From an uncultured Candidatus Rokubacteria bacterium (lineage in GTDB: Bacteria > Methylomirabilota > Methylomirabilia > Rokubacteriales > CSP1-6), in the NCBI GenBank assembly GCA_963771355.1, contig CAVYTA010000006.1, positions 1,216,001 to 1,280,000 on the forward strand: a stretch of DNA of 64,000 nt. Reading direction: 5' to 3'. The position numbers and the translations under genes are program-made. The notes below the pieces were generated by a model, which was given only the letters and a program-made list of their open reading frames with translations, was not told the origin of the DNA and searched no databases. Of the stretch, positions 30,303 to 41,396 are shown piece by piece (position 1 is the first letter of the stretch; each line of letters begins with the position of its first letter).

Positions 30303-30886
30303 GCGGCGCCCTCCGCCCCATCCACCAGCTCGAGGAACTGCTTGAGGATGCGCGCGGTGGCGCCCCACACCACGTCCTCCACCGAGACCTGATAGAAGTG
30401 TACGGGATGGGGTTCGCCGCCGCGCTCCCAGATCTCGGTGCGAAAGATCGAGGGATCGCGAAGGAGGTCCAGGGGCACCTCGATCACCCGCTCGATCTCG
30501 CGCCCGTCGGGCTTGAACTCCACCGGGCCGCGGATGATCCCCACCACCGGGGTGATGACGAACGGGGTGGCCCGCGTGGCGGTGTCGTCGAGGAGCCCCA
30601 GCACCTCGACGGACTCCGCCGGGATCCGCGCCTCTTCCCAGGCCTCGCGCAGCGCGGTCTCCACCCGGGAGGCATCGCGCTCCTCGCAGATGCCGCCGGG
30701 AAAGGAGAACTGCCCCTTGTGATGCGGCACCGCCTCCGATTTCTTGGTGAACAGGATGTGCGGGCCGCCGTGATCGGTGATGGGCAGGAGCACGGCGGCG
30801 GAGACGAGATCGCTCCGGTCCAGCGCCACGCGCGGGTGGCGGGACAGCGCCGTGTCCAGCCGCCGGCGCAGGGTCTCCAGATCCAA
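30299..30886 (-). CDS. CoA pyrophosphatase (Nudix, NudL-like)
   Basis: HKGQFSFPGG, TALREAWEE, VWGATARIL. Confidence 0.9.
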   Translation of the reverse strand: MDLETLRRRLDTALSRHPRVALDRSDLVSAAVLLPITDHGGPHILFTKKSEAVPHHKGQFSFPGGICEERDASRVETALREAWEEARIPAESVEVLGLLDDTATRATPFVITPVVGIIRGPVEFKPDGREIERVIEVPLDLLRDPSIFRTEIWERGGEPHPVHFYQVSVEDVVWGATARILKQFLELVDGAEGAA

Positions 30887-30902
30887 ATCCAGGCGGCTCC
30901 GC

Positions 30903-31685
30903 CTACCGCGCCTGGAAGCTAGGCTTCCGCTTCTCCGCGAAGGCCTTGGGGCCTTCCACGGCGTCCTCGGTGCCCCGCAGCGTGCCGGACAGAAAGGCCT
31001 CGAGCCGGAGCCCGTCGTCGAGCGGCATGGTGAGCCCGCGCAGAACCGCTTCCTTGGCGGCGCGGACGGCGAGCGGTCCGCGCTCGCAGATGGTCTCCGC
31101 CCACTCGCGCGCCGTCCCCATCAGCTCCGCGGCGGGCACCACCGCGTTCACCAGGCCGTAGTGGAGCGCCTCCGCGGCGGTCAGCGTCTTCGCCATGAGG
31201 ATCAGCTCCATCGCCTTGGCCAGCGGAATGGTGCGCGGGAGGCGCTGCGTGCCGCCCGCGCCGGGCATGATGGCCCAGCGGACCTCGGGCAGGCCGAAGG
31301 TGGCGTGGGGCACCGCGATACGCAGGTCGCAGGCCAGCGCCAGCTCCATCCCACCGGCCAGGCAGTGGCCGTTGATGGCGGCGATCATGGGCTTCCAGAG
31401 GGGGAGCCCGCGCGTGATGCCGCCGAGCCCGTAGTCGTTGTGACCGCGGCGCCGCGCGCCCTTGCCGAAGGCGGCGGGAATCATCTTCTTGAGGTCGGCG
31501 CCCGCGGAGAAGGACTTGTCCCCCGCCCCCGTGAACAGCGCCACCCAGGCTTCGTCGTCGTCGCGGAAGCGCGTCCACGCCTCGATGAGTGCGGTGTGCG
31601 TCTCGGGGTCGATGGCGTTCATCGCCTCGGGACGGTCGATGGTGATGGTGACGACGTGGCCGGCCTGCTCGTAGCGAACGGTCAT
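30903..31685 (-). CDS. Enoyl-CoA hydratase/isomerase family protein
   Basis: FSAGADL, LAGGME, FGLPE, GGTQRLPR. Confidence 0.92.
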   Translation of the reverse strand: MTVRYEQAGHVVTITIDRPEAMNAIDPETHTALIEAWTRFRDDDEAWVALFTGAGDKSFSAGADLKKMIPAAFGKGARRRGHNDYGLGGITRGLPLWKPMIAAINGHCLAGGMELALACDLRIAVPHATFGLPEVRWAIMPGAGGTQRLPRTIPLAKAMELILMAKTLTAAEALHYGLVNAVVPAAELMGTAREWAETICERGPLAVRAAKEAVLRGLTMPLDDGLRLEAFLSGTLRGTEDAVEGPKAFAEKRKPSFQAR

Positions 31686-31703
31686 GAGATCCTCCGACCG
31701 ATC

Positions 31704-32504
31704 CTACGACATGACGAACCCGCCGTCCACGTTGATCCCCTGGCCGGTGACGCCGCGGGACTCCGGCAACGCGAGAAAGACGGCGGCGCTGGCAATCTCC
31801 TCGGCTTCGATCATGCGACGCTGCGGCACCCGGCGCTTGATGTGACGCTCGAACACCTCCTCGCCCCCCACGTCCTCCATCACCCCCTCGCGGCTCCGGA
31901 CCTTTCGCGGCGCCAGTCCCATGCCCGCGCGCACGTAGCCGGGGCAGAGCGCGTTCACGGTGATGCCGGGATAGCCCTGGGAGGCGAGCTCGGTGGCCAG
32001 CGCCCGCGTGAGCCCGATGACCCCGTGCTTGCTCGCCGCGTAGGCGGAGACGTAGCCGAAGCCCCCCATGCGCCCGTAGATGGAGGAGATGGTGACGATG
32101 CGCCCTTCCCTCTGGCGCATCATGTGCGGGAGCGCGGATCGGATGGCGCGGTAGGTGCCGTTGAGGTTGACGTCGATGACCCGCGTCCAGTCCGGCTCCG
32201 GCTGCTCGGCGAGGAGCCCGCCCCCGGCGATCCCGGCGCAGGTCACGAGCACGTCGAGCGAGCCCAGCTCCGCCACCGCGCGCGCCGCCATGGCATCCAT
32301 GTCCGCGAGCCGCGTCACGTCGGCGCCGAGCGCCAGCGCGCGGGCTCCGAGGGCCGCGGCCTCGCGCGCCACCGCCTGCACCTCCGGCTCGACGTTGGAG
32401 GCCACGAGGAGCGCGGCGCCCTCGCGGGCGAGCGCCAGCGCGATGGCGCGGCCGATGCCGGTGCCGCCGCCGGTGACCACCGCGACCTTTCCCTTCAAGC
32501 GCAT
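31704..32504 (-). CDS. SDR oxidoreductase (3-hydroxybutyrate dehydrogenase-like)
   Basis: TGGGTGIG, YAASKHG, NALCPGYV. Confidence 0.88.
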   Translation of the reverse strand: MRLKGKVAVVTGGGTGIGRAIALALAREGAALLVASNVEPEVQAVAREAAALGARALALGADVTRLADMDAMAARAVAELGSLDVLVTCAGIAGGGLLAEQPEPDWTRVIDVNLNGTYRAIRSALPHMMRQREGRIVTISSIYGRMGGFGYVSAYAASKHGVIGLTRALATELASQGYPGITVNALCPGYVRAGMGLAPRKVRSREGVMEDVGGEEVFERHIKRRVPQRRMIEAEEIASAAVFLALPESRGVTGQGINVDGGFVMS

Positions 32505-32552
32505 TGGGGGCCCGTCAGGCGCATTCGGGAGCCACCGGCGCGCGGGGCCCGC

Positions 32553-33329
32553 TCAGACGAAGCGGCAGGAGACGGAGCCGAGCCGGGTGAAGGAAGCGCG
32601 CACCGACTCGCCCTTCTCGGGGCGGAGGATCTTGGAGATGGACCCGGTGAGCACCACGTCACCGGCGGCGAGCCCGCGCCCCATGCGCCCGAGCGTGTTG
32701 GCGAGCCAGGCGAGCGAGGTGAGCGGGTTGCCAAGCACCTCCGCCGCCGTATTGGTCGCCACCACCTGGCCGTTCTGCTCGAAGACCACCCCTTCCAGCG
32801 CGAGATCGAGCGCCGCCACCGGCGTGAGCGGCCGGCCGAGCACGATGGCGTTGGCGAAGACCCCGTCCGCCACCACGTCCGCCCCGCTCGCCTTGCCCGA
32901 GCAGCGGAAGTCGATCAGCTCGAAGGACGGCATGGCGCCCTCGACGGCGAGCAGCGCGGACACCGGCGTCACGCCGGGCCCGGCCAGGTCGCGCTTGAGG
33001 AGAAAGGCCACCTCCACCTCGACCCCCAGCGACGCGAACCGGCTGATGGGGATGGAGTCGCCGCCGGAGTACACGCCCGAGCCCAGCATGAACCCCAGCA
33101 CGGGCTCAGTCACGCCGTACTGTCCCTGGATCGCCGCGTTGGTGAAGCCGGCCTTCCAGCCGATGACCCGCTCGCCGCGGAGCACCAGCGCCTGCTCCAG
33201 GGCGCGCTGCACCCCGTAGGCTTCCCCCAGGGAAAGGTCCGGATACTTCTCGGTCAGCGGGGTCACGGCGCGGTGGCCGTCCCGGCTCTGGAGGAGATGA
33301 TCCACGGCGGCGTCGAGGGCGATGGGCAT
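32553..33329 (-). CDS. 2-keto-4-pentenoate hydratase-like protein (FAH superfamily)
   Basis: GWKAGFT, VEVEVAF, ELIDFR, LGNP, GDVVLTGS. Confidence 0.88.
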   Translation of the reverse strand: MPIALDAAVDHLLQSRDGHRAVTPLTEKYPDLSLGEAYGVQRALEQALVLRGERVIGWKAGFTNAAIQGQYGVTEPVLGFMLGSGVYSGGDSIPISRFASLGVEVEVAFLLKRDLAGPGVTPVSALLAVEGAMPSFELIDFRCSGKASGADVVADGVFANAIVLGRPLTPVAALDLALEGVVFEQNGQVVATNTAAEVLGNPLTSLAWLANTLGRMGRGLAAGDVVLTGSISKILRPEKGESVRASFTRLGSVSCRFV

Positions 33330-33340
33330 GCGGTGACTCC

Positions 33341-33685
33341 TTACCTTCTCTTTGGCTTCTTTTTCAGTCGCTTGGCTGGCTTCGCCTTCGACCGGGCCTT
33401 AGGCTTGGGCCGCGGCCGTGCGGCGCCGGCGCGGGCGGCGAGATGCGCGGCGTTCCGGGCTCCCACCGAGCCCGGGGGCACCGCCCCCGAGCGAATGGTC
33501 CGTATCCAGCCCGCGAGCTCGACCGCGAGCTCCGGATAGCAAGCCGCCCGATAGGCCTCGAGGGCGAGGAGCGCCGCGGGATCCTTCCAGGGCTTGAGGA
33601 CGAAGGGCGCCTCCGGATCCGTGGGATCGAAGGGCCCCTCGGTGCCCATCGGCATCACGATGTATCGTCGGGTCAGCTCCGCCAT
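33341..33685 (-). CDS. Hypothetical protein with Lys-rich C-terminal tail
   Basis: GGAGG RBS; FVLKPWKDPAA core; basic tail. Confidence 0.75.
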   Translation of the reverse strand: MAELTRRYIVMPMGTEGPFDPTDPEAPFVLKPWKDPAALLALEAYRAACYPELAVELAGWIRTIRSGAVPPGSVGARNAAHLAARAGAARPRPKPKARSKAKPAKRLKKKPKRR

Positions 33686-33775
33686 GGCAGGCGCCTCCGC
33701 TGTCGGCTGGGTCGAGACATGCCCCGGCAGAGTACGACAGCCGCGCGCGGCTGCGCAACGGGAGCCGAAGAAGGG

Positions 33776-33961
33776 CTAGGCGGCGCTCCGCTTCCGCTTC
33801 TTGGGAATGCGCGCGCCCGCCTGGCGCGCCTCGCTCAGCGCGATGGCCACGGCCTGCTTGCGCTTGCGGACCTTGGCTCCGGACGAGGAGCGGAGGCCCC
33901 CCTGCTTGTACTCCCGCATGACCTTGCTGACTTTGCGCTGCCCTTTGGACTTGGCCTTCAT
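33776..33961 (-). CDS. Small basic protein (DUF6496-like)
   Basis: KVMREYKQGGLRSSSGAKVRKRKQAVAIALSEAR; GGAGG RBS. Confidence 0.8.
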   Translation of the reverse strand: MKAKSKGQRKVSKVMREYKQGGLRSSSGAKVRKRKQAVAIALSEARQAGARIPKKRKRSAA

Positions 33962-34038
33962 CGCGTGTCCCTCCCCGCCGCCGGAGACCGGGGCGCGCTC
34001 CTGCCCCCGGTCCCCGGCACGTGATGATGGTGTGTCGG

Positions 34039-34119
34039 TTACTTGCAATTCTTCTCGTGCTCGCGCATCTCCCGCTCCGAGGAGAAGCTCTTGCCGCACT
34101 TGCCGCACTTCATGTCCAT
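34039..34119 (-). CDS. 26-aa single zinc-finger microprotein (not in the ORF track)
   Basis: MDMKCGKCGKSFSSEREMREHEKNCK*; GGAGGTG RBS; C-x2-C-x3-F-x5-M-x2-H-x3-C. Confidence 0.8.
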   Translation of the reverse strand: MDMKCGKCGKSFSSEREMREHEKNCK

Positions 34120-34149
34120 GGCTCGCTCACACCTCCTCTCAGGCGCGCC

Positions 34150-34974
34150 TCAGGCGCGCCGCCTGGCCGCGACGCGAGGCCGTCTCGGCGGCGCGGCCGC
34201 CTTCTTCTTCGCCAGGCTCTGCTGGAGGGCCTCCATGAGGTCGATGACCTTGCCCTTGGGCGCTCGCGGCGCCGCGAGGGCCACCACCTTGCCCTTCGCC
34301 TTCCGCCTGACCACGTCGAGCACCCGCGCGCGATATTCGTCCTTGTACTTTTCGGGCCGGAACTGATCCTCCGAGAGCTCCTCCACCAGCCGGACCGCGA
34401 GCTTTCGCTCGGACTCTTTGGGCTTGACCGCCGGTCCCACGTCGATCTCGCGCGCGGTGCGGATCTCGTCGTGGTGGTAGAGCGTGTGCAGCACGAGGCC
34501 GGGGCCGCCCGGTCGGATCAGCACCAGGCTTTCCTTCCCACGCAGGACGAACCGCGCGATGCCCACCCGCTTCACCTGTCGTAGGGCGTCGGCGAGCAGG
34601 TGATACGGCTTGGCGCCTCCCTTGTCGGGACCCACGTAGTACGCCTCGTCCAGGTGCACCGGGTCCACCGATTCCAGGGGGACGAACTCCGCGATGTCGA
34701 TCTCCCGGGAGGCCTCCGCCTCCAGCGCCTCGAGCTCCTCCGCGGTCATCTTCACGTGGCGGCCGCGCTCGATCTCGAACCCCTTCACGAGCTGGTCACG
34801 CTCCACCACCTCCTCGCAGTGCGGGCACCACGCCTGGTACTTGATGCGGTGGCCGCACTTGGCGTGAAGCAGGTGAAAGGAGACGTGCCGCGAGACCGCG
34901 GCGGGGTAGAGCCGGATGGGGATGGACACCAGCCCGAACGAGATGGTCGCGGAGGCCAGCGGACGTGGCGGCAT
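34150..34974 (-). CDS. ku: Ku protein (NHEJ end-binding)
   Basis: ISFGLVSIPIRLY, LVKGFEI, IDIAEFV, YKDEYR, VIDLMEALQQSL, basic tail. Confidence 0.95.
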   Translation of the reverse strand: MPPRPLASATISFGLVSIPIRLYPAAVSRHVSFHLLHAKCGHRIKYQAWCPHCEEVVERDQLVKGFEIERGRHVKMTAEELEALEAEASREIDIAEFVPLESVDPVHLDEAYYVGPDKGGAKPYHLLADALRQVKRVGIARFVLRGKESLVLIRPGGPGLVLHTLYHHDEIRTAREIDVGPAVKPKESERKLAVRLVEELSEDQFRPEKYKDEYRARVLDVVRRKAKGKVVALAAPRAPKGKVIDLMEALQQSLAKKKAAAPPRRPRVAARRRA

Positions 34975-35002
34975 TGAATAGCCCTCCCGCAGATGGGGAA
35001 AG

Positions 35003-35019
35003 AGCAATGCCCATGCCAG
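35003..35019 (-). promoter_or_regulatory. Sigma54 (-24/-12) promoter upstream of ku
   Basis: CTGGCATGGGCATTGCT = GG-N10-GC with TTGC. Confidence 0.75.
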
Positions 35020-35113
35020 GGAAAAAAGCTGCGGAGTTTCGAGCCTTATCGAGCGGGGGCGCTACAGTGGGGACCGCGCCTGCCCGGTAGCGAGAACCCG
35101 ACCGGGGCTTTCC

Positions 35114-35650
35114 TTACCCGCCGGCCGGGTGCGTATGGCCGTAGGGCACGTCGAGGACATAGATGATCTTGCCCAGGGCGATGAACTCGGCGATGGCCCA
35201 GGACAGCTCCAGCGTCTCGTCATCGCTGAACTGGCCCCGGAGGTCCGCCCAGAGAGCGTCATCCACCTTGTGATGATCCTCGTACATGCGGTCCGCGTAG
35301 CGGAGCGCTACCTTCTCGCGCTCGGTGAACGGCCCGCGCTCGTAGTCGCCCAGCGCGGTCACCAGCTCCTCGGTGATCCCTTCACGCCTGCCCGAGGCGT
35401 AGCGGGTGGTCATTCAGTAGTGGCAGGTATTGCGCTGGGCCAGCCGCAGCCGGACCAGCTCCTTGGTGCGGTGCTCCACCAGCCCCAGCCGCACCAGCGG
35501 CGAGTAGAAGCGGACGAAGCGCTTCAGCGCCTCCGGCAGCCGCCCAAAGGTGCGGATGAAGTTGGGATCGCCCCCGTCCGCCGTCCACTTGGCCAGCATG
35601 TCGCGGAGCTCGGGATCGAGTCCGTCCTCGGGCATCATGGGCATCCGCAC
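35114..35650 (-). CDS. AhpD/carboxymuconolactone decarboxylase family protein, predicted selenoprotein (CxxU)
   Basis: Two abutting in-frame ORFs joined by TGA (35414-35416): KELVRLRLAQRNTCHY-U-MTTRY...FTEREKVALRYA. Confidence 0.85.
35378..35406 (-). promoter_or_regulatory. Bacterial SECIS-like hairpin
   Basis: UACGCCU-CGGGC-AGGCGUG stem-loop; the loop starts 19 nt after the UGA and has G at its second position. Confidence 0.7.
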
Positions 35651-35673
35651 GGCGGTTTCTCCCGGCGCGGCCG

Positions 35674-36768
35674 CTAACCGCGCAGCTTGAGCACGTTACA
35701 GGTGGCCACCGAGCGCTGGAAGCCCTTGAGGGTCAGGTCACCGACGTCCTCCACCTCGATCTCCCCCTCGAGCTGCGCGGCCACGCGCCGCGAGGCCAGG
35801 ATCTGGCCGGGCTTGGCCTCGCCACAGAGCCGCGCGGCGAGATTGGTGACCGTCCCGATGGCGCCGTAGTCGAGCCGTCCCTCGAAGCCGATGGCGCCGA
35901 TGGTGGCATAGCCCTGGGCGATGCCGACCCCCAGGTCGAGCTCGAAGCCCTGCTTGCGCCACTTCCCCATCAGCTCGCTCACCCGGGTGCGCATGGCCAC
36001 CGCCATGCGCACCGCGCGGGCGGCGGCATCGGGCACCAGCACCGGGTCGTTGAAGAACACCATCATGCCGTCGCCGGTGAAGCGCTCGAGCGTCCCTTCA
36101 TGCTCGAGGATGAGGCGGCCCATCTCGGCGTGGTACTCCCGCAGCACCCCCATGACCTCCTCGGGCTCGGCGGTCTCCGCGAAGGCGGTGAAGCCGCGGA
36201 GGTCCAGGAACACCACCGCGATCTCGCGCCGGTGCGTCTTGAGGGGATCGTCCGCCCCGCCGGCCAGGATGGCTTCGGCCAGGGCCGGCGAGAAGAAGCG
36301 CTTGAGCCGGCCCAGGCGCTCGAGCTGCGTCACCTGCTCGGTCACCCGCTGCTCGAGCTCGCGGTTCAATCCCGCGAGGGCATCGTCGAGCTCCTTGATC
36401 CGCAGGAGCGAGCGCACCCGGGCCAGCAGCTCGGGCTGATTCACCGGCTTGCTGAGGAAGTCGTCCGCCCCGACCTCGATGCCCTTCACCCGCTCGTGCA
36501 CCGCGTCCAGCGAGGTCACCATCACCACGGGAAGCCGCGCCGTCTCCGGATTCGCGCGGAGGCGCGCGCACACCTCGTAGCCGCTCATCTCGGGCATCAT
36601 CACGTCGAGGAGCACCAGATCCGGACGCTCGGTGGCGATCCGATCGAGCGCCTCCGGGCCCGAGGCCGCCGTGGTCACCGTGAAGCCCTTGACGCGCAGG
36701 AGGTCGGCGAGGAGCTTGACGTTGAGCGGCGTGTCGTCCACCACCAGGATGCGGGCGCCGTCACTCAT
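35674..36768 (-). CDS. Receiver domain-class III adenylate/guanylate cyclase
   Basis: REC (VVDD, LDVMMP, SKP) plus VFLDLRGFT, FTGDG, IGTVTNLAARL. Confidence 0.93.
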   Translation of the reverse strand: MSDGARILVVDDTPLNVKLLADLLRVKGFTVTTAASGPEALDRIATERPDLVLLDVMMPEMSGYEVCARLRANPETARLPVVMVTSLDAVHERVKGIEVGADDFLSKPVNQPELLARVRSLLRIKELDDALAGLNRELEQRVTEQVTQLERLGRLKRFFSPALAEAILAGGADDPLKTHRREIAVVFLDLRGFTAFAETAEPEEVMGVLREYHAEMGRLILEHEGTLERFTGDGMMVFFNDPVLVPDAAARAVRMAVAMRTRVSELMGKWRKQGFELDLGVGIAQGYATIGAIGFEGRLDYGAIGTVTNLAARLCGEAKPGQILASRRVAAQLEGEIEVEDVGDLTLKGFQRSVATCNVLKLRG

Positions 36769-37141
36769 GGGCTGGGGCTCCCCGCCGGCGTGTCCAGCAT
36801 GCGCCGTACGGCGGCGACGAACTCCTTCACGCTGATGGGCTTGGACTGGTAGCCGTCGAAGCCCGCGGCGAGGATCTTCTGGCGGTCGTGGGTCATCGCG
36901 GAGGCGGTGACCGCCATCACGGGAATGGCGCGCGTGGCGGGCTGGGCCCGCAGCTGGATCAGCGCCTCGATCCCGCTGATACCGGGGAGCTGGATGTCCA
37001 TGAGGATGAGGGCGGGCGGAGTCTCCAGCGCCAGGCGTACGCCCTCCTCGCCCGTCACCGCCTCGAGGACGCGGTAGCCGTGGTACTGGAGCAGGTCGCG
37101 CTCGAGCTTCCGATTCTTCTCGTTGTCCTCCACGATGAGGA

Positions 37142-37157
<16 letters not shown>
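36765..37157 (-). CDS. Single-domain response regulator (DivK-like)
   Basis: IVEDN, LMDIQLP, VTASAM, SKP. Confidence 0.93.
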
Positions 37158-39535
<2,378 letters not shown>

Positions 39536-39611
39536 GGACCCACAATAGCAGATGGGGCATGGTCCACGCAGCATCGGGCGACGCGTCCTGGTAAGATTGC
39601 AGGAGGCCCCC

Positions 39612-40838
39612 ATGGCGCGCCATCTCTGCATCGTCGCCCGGGACAACTCGCCGCTCTACGGCTTCCTCACCATTGCGTTCAGCGAGCGGCCGGCCGGCAC
39701 CGATATGCTCGACGTGGTGCTCGACCGGCGGCGGGCAGAGGCGAGCCGGGAGCGCGACCGTCAGGCTCTGTCCCCGGCTTCCGCCCCCCCCTCCGCCTAC
39801 ACGGACCGGCGCCGGCACGCCGGGGTTGCCGAGGCCCTGCAGACGCGCGGCTATGCCATCGTCGCCGGCCCCGGTGCCGAGCCCCGCGCGAGCGACGAGG
39901 CGTTCATCGAGCGCGCCGTGGGCATCCTCGCCGACGTGGAGCGCCGCGGGCCCCTGGCGCTCCGATTCCACCAGCAACGGCGGGCGGTGGGCCGCGCCAT
40001 CGTGGGCGCGTCCATCGGCGCGGTGATCGTGTTCGCCATCATCTGGGTGCTGACGACGCTCCCGACGGTCGGCGGCCTCGCGCGCATCACGGATGATCTG
40101 AGTCGCTGGACCGATGCCGGCGTGAGTCGCCTCGGGGAGTCGTGGACGGCCCTGCGCCGCGTGTTCGTTCCCACCCCGATCGTCCGCGAGTCCGACGGGG
40201 CCCGGGCGCGCTCCCCCGAGCCGGCAATCGCCCCGGCGCCCGCTCCGGCGACCTCGATGGTCGAGCCCCCGCGCGCGTCGCCCCCGGCGCCGACAGAGCC
40301 GGAGCGCGCGGCACCTGCATTGCCCCCCGCCCCCCTGCGCCCGGCCCTCGAATCGCCCCGCGCGGTCGAGCGTCCACCGGTATCCGCGCGTCCCGCGCCC
40401 CGGACCCCGGCGGCGGAGACGGCCCGTTCCGCGCCCCGCGCGCCCTCGGCCCCCGAGGCACCGTCGCGCGATGGCCGGTCCCGCGAGGTGACCTCCCGCG
40501 AGCCGGCGCTGCTCGAGTCGTCGGAGCTCGGGGACAGCCGCTCCTCCCTGACCGCCTTCAGCGGCCTGCCGCGCGTGGAGCTGTCCCGCCAGCCGTCGGG
40601 CGCCGGCACCGTCTACACCGTGCGCCTGGCCGATCGCGGGGGGCGCCCGGTGCCGGGTGCGGAGGTCTGGATGCGGGGCCAGACGGGAGACGGGGAGGGG
40701 CGCGAGACGCGGCTCGACGCGGTGGATCCGCCCGGGACCTACCGCAGCAGCCCGCTGCCCCCGGGCACGCTCTCACCCCAGCTCACCGTGCGCGTGTACT
40801 TCAGCAATATGCGCGTCGAGGTCCCGGTCGAGCCCTGA
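39612..40838 (+). CDS. Hypothetical membrane protein: DRR-motif N-domain, TM, Pro-rich linker, C-terminal beta domain
   Basis: AGGAGG RBS; VVLDRRR...TDRRR; hydrophobic VIVFAIIWVL. Confidence 0.8.
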   Translation: MARHLCIVARDNSPLYGFLTIAFSERPAGTDMLDVVLDRRRAEASRERDRQALSPASAPPSAYTDRRRHAGVAEALQTRGYAIVAGPGAEPRASDEAFIERAVGILADVERRGPLALRFHQQRRAVGRAIVGASIGAVIVFAIIWVLTTLPTVGGLARITDDLSRWTDAGVSRLGESWTALRRVFVPTPIVRESDGARARSPEPAIAPAPAPATSMVEPPRASPPAPTEPERAAPALPPAPLRPALESPRAVERPPVSARPAPRTPAAETARSAPRAPSAPEAPSRDGRSREVTSREPALLESSELGDSRSSLTAFSGLPRVELSRQPSGAGTVYTVRLADRGGRPVPGAEVWMRGQTGDGEGRETRLDAVDPPGTYRSSPLPPGTLSPQLTVRVYFSNMRVEVPVEP

Positions 40839-40863
40839 AGCGGACGGGGCGCGCGCCGACCGG

Positions 40864-41385
40864 CTAGGTGGCGGAGTAGTCGCGCGCCAGGGGCGGTCGC
40901 ACCTCGTCCCCGCTGAAGAGCACCGTCGCGATCACTTCCACGCTGGCGCCCCCGCCCAGCCCCTGGCAGCCGATGGCGGCGCGCGTGGGCTTGCCGCGCT
41001 CGCCATAGAGCTCCACGAGCAGATCGGCGGCGCCGTTGATCACGCGCGGCTGGTCGTTGAAGCCCGGCGCGGAGTTCACGAAGCCCAGCAGGTGGACGAA
41101 CTGCTCCACGCGGTCGAGGTCTCCCAGGGCGTGCTTGATGACGCCCAGCGTGGTCAGCGCCGCGTAGCGCGCTGCCTCGTAGCCCTGGGCGATCTCGAGG
41201 TCCTTGCCCACCACCCCGGGAAGATACCCACGGCCGTCGCGCACCGGCGTGGTCCCGCAGAGATAGAGCAGCCCCTTCACGGGGAAGTGCGAGATGTAGT
41301 GCGCGCCCGACGCGTTCACGCGCCAGAGCTCCTCCAGGTTGGGCACCGCCAGCCCGAGCCGCTTCAGGTTCTCTTCGACGCGCAT
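40864..41385 (-). CDS. RidA/YjgF family protein
   Basis: GFVNSAPGFNDQPRVINGAADL, TRAAIG. Confidence 0.88.
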   Translation of the reverse strand: MRVEENLKRLGLAVPNLEELWRVNASGAHYISHFPVKGLLYLCGTTPVRDGRGYLPGVVGKDLEIAQGYEAARYAALTTLGVIKHALGDLDRVEQFVHLLGFVNSAPGFNDQPRVINGAADLLVELYGERGKPTRAAIGCQGLGGGASVEVIATVLFSGDEVRPPLARDYSAT

Positions 41386-41396
41386 GGACTCTCTCC

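Noticed and set aside
30777..33539. Very long ORFs such as 30777..33539(+), 15225..17519(+), 46502..48793(+) and 1599..3533(+)
   Set aside because: Antisense or alternate-frame shadows of well-supported genes in high-GC DNA, with Arg/Gly/Ala-rich composition and no motifs.
35114..35650. Two small independent genes or a nonsense pseudogene
   Set aside because: The TGA sits at the redox Cys position and is followed by a SECIS-like hairpin, so recoding is more parsimonious, although not proven.
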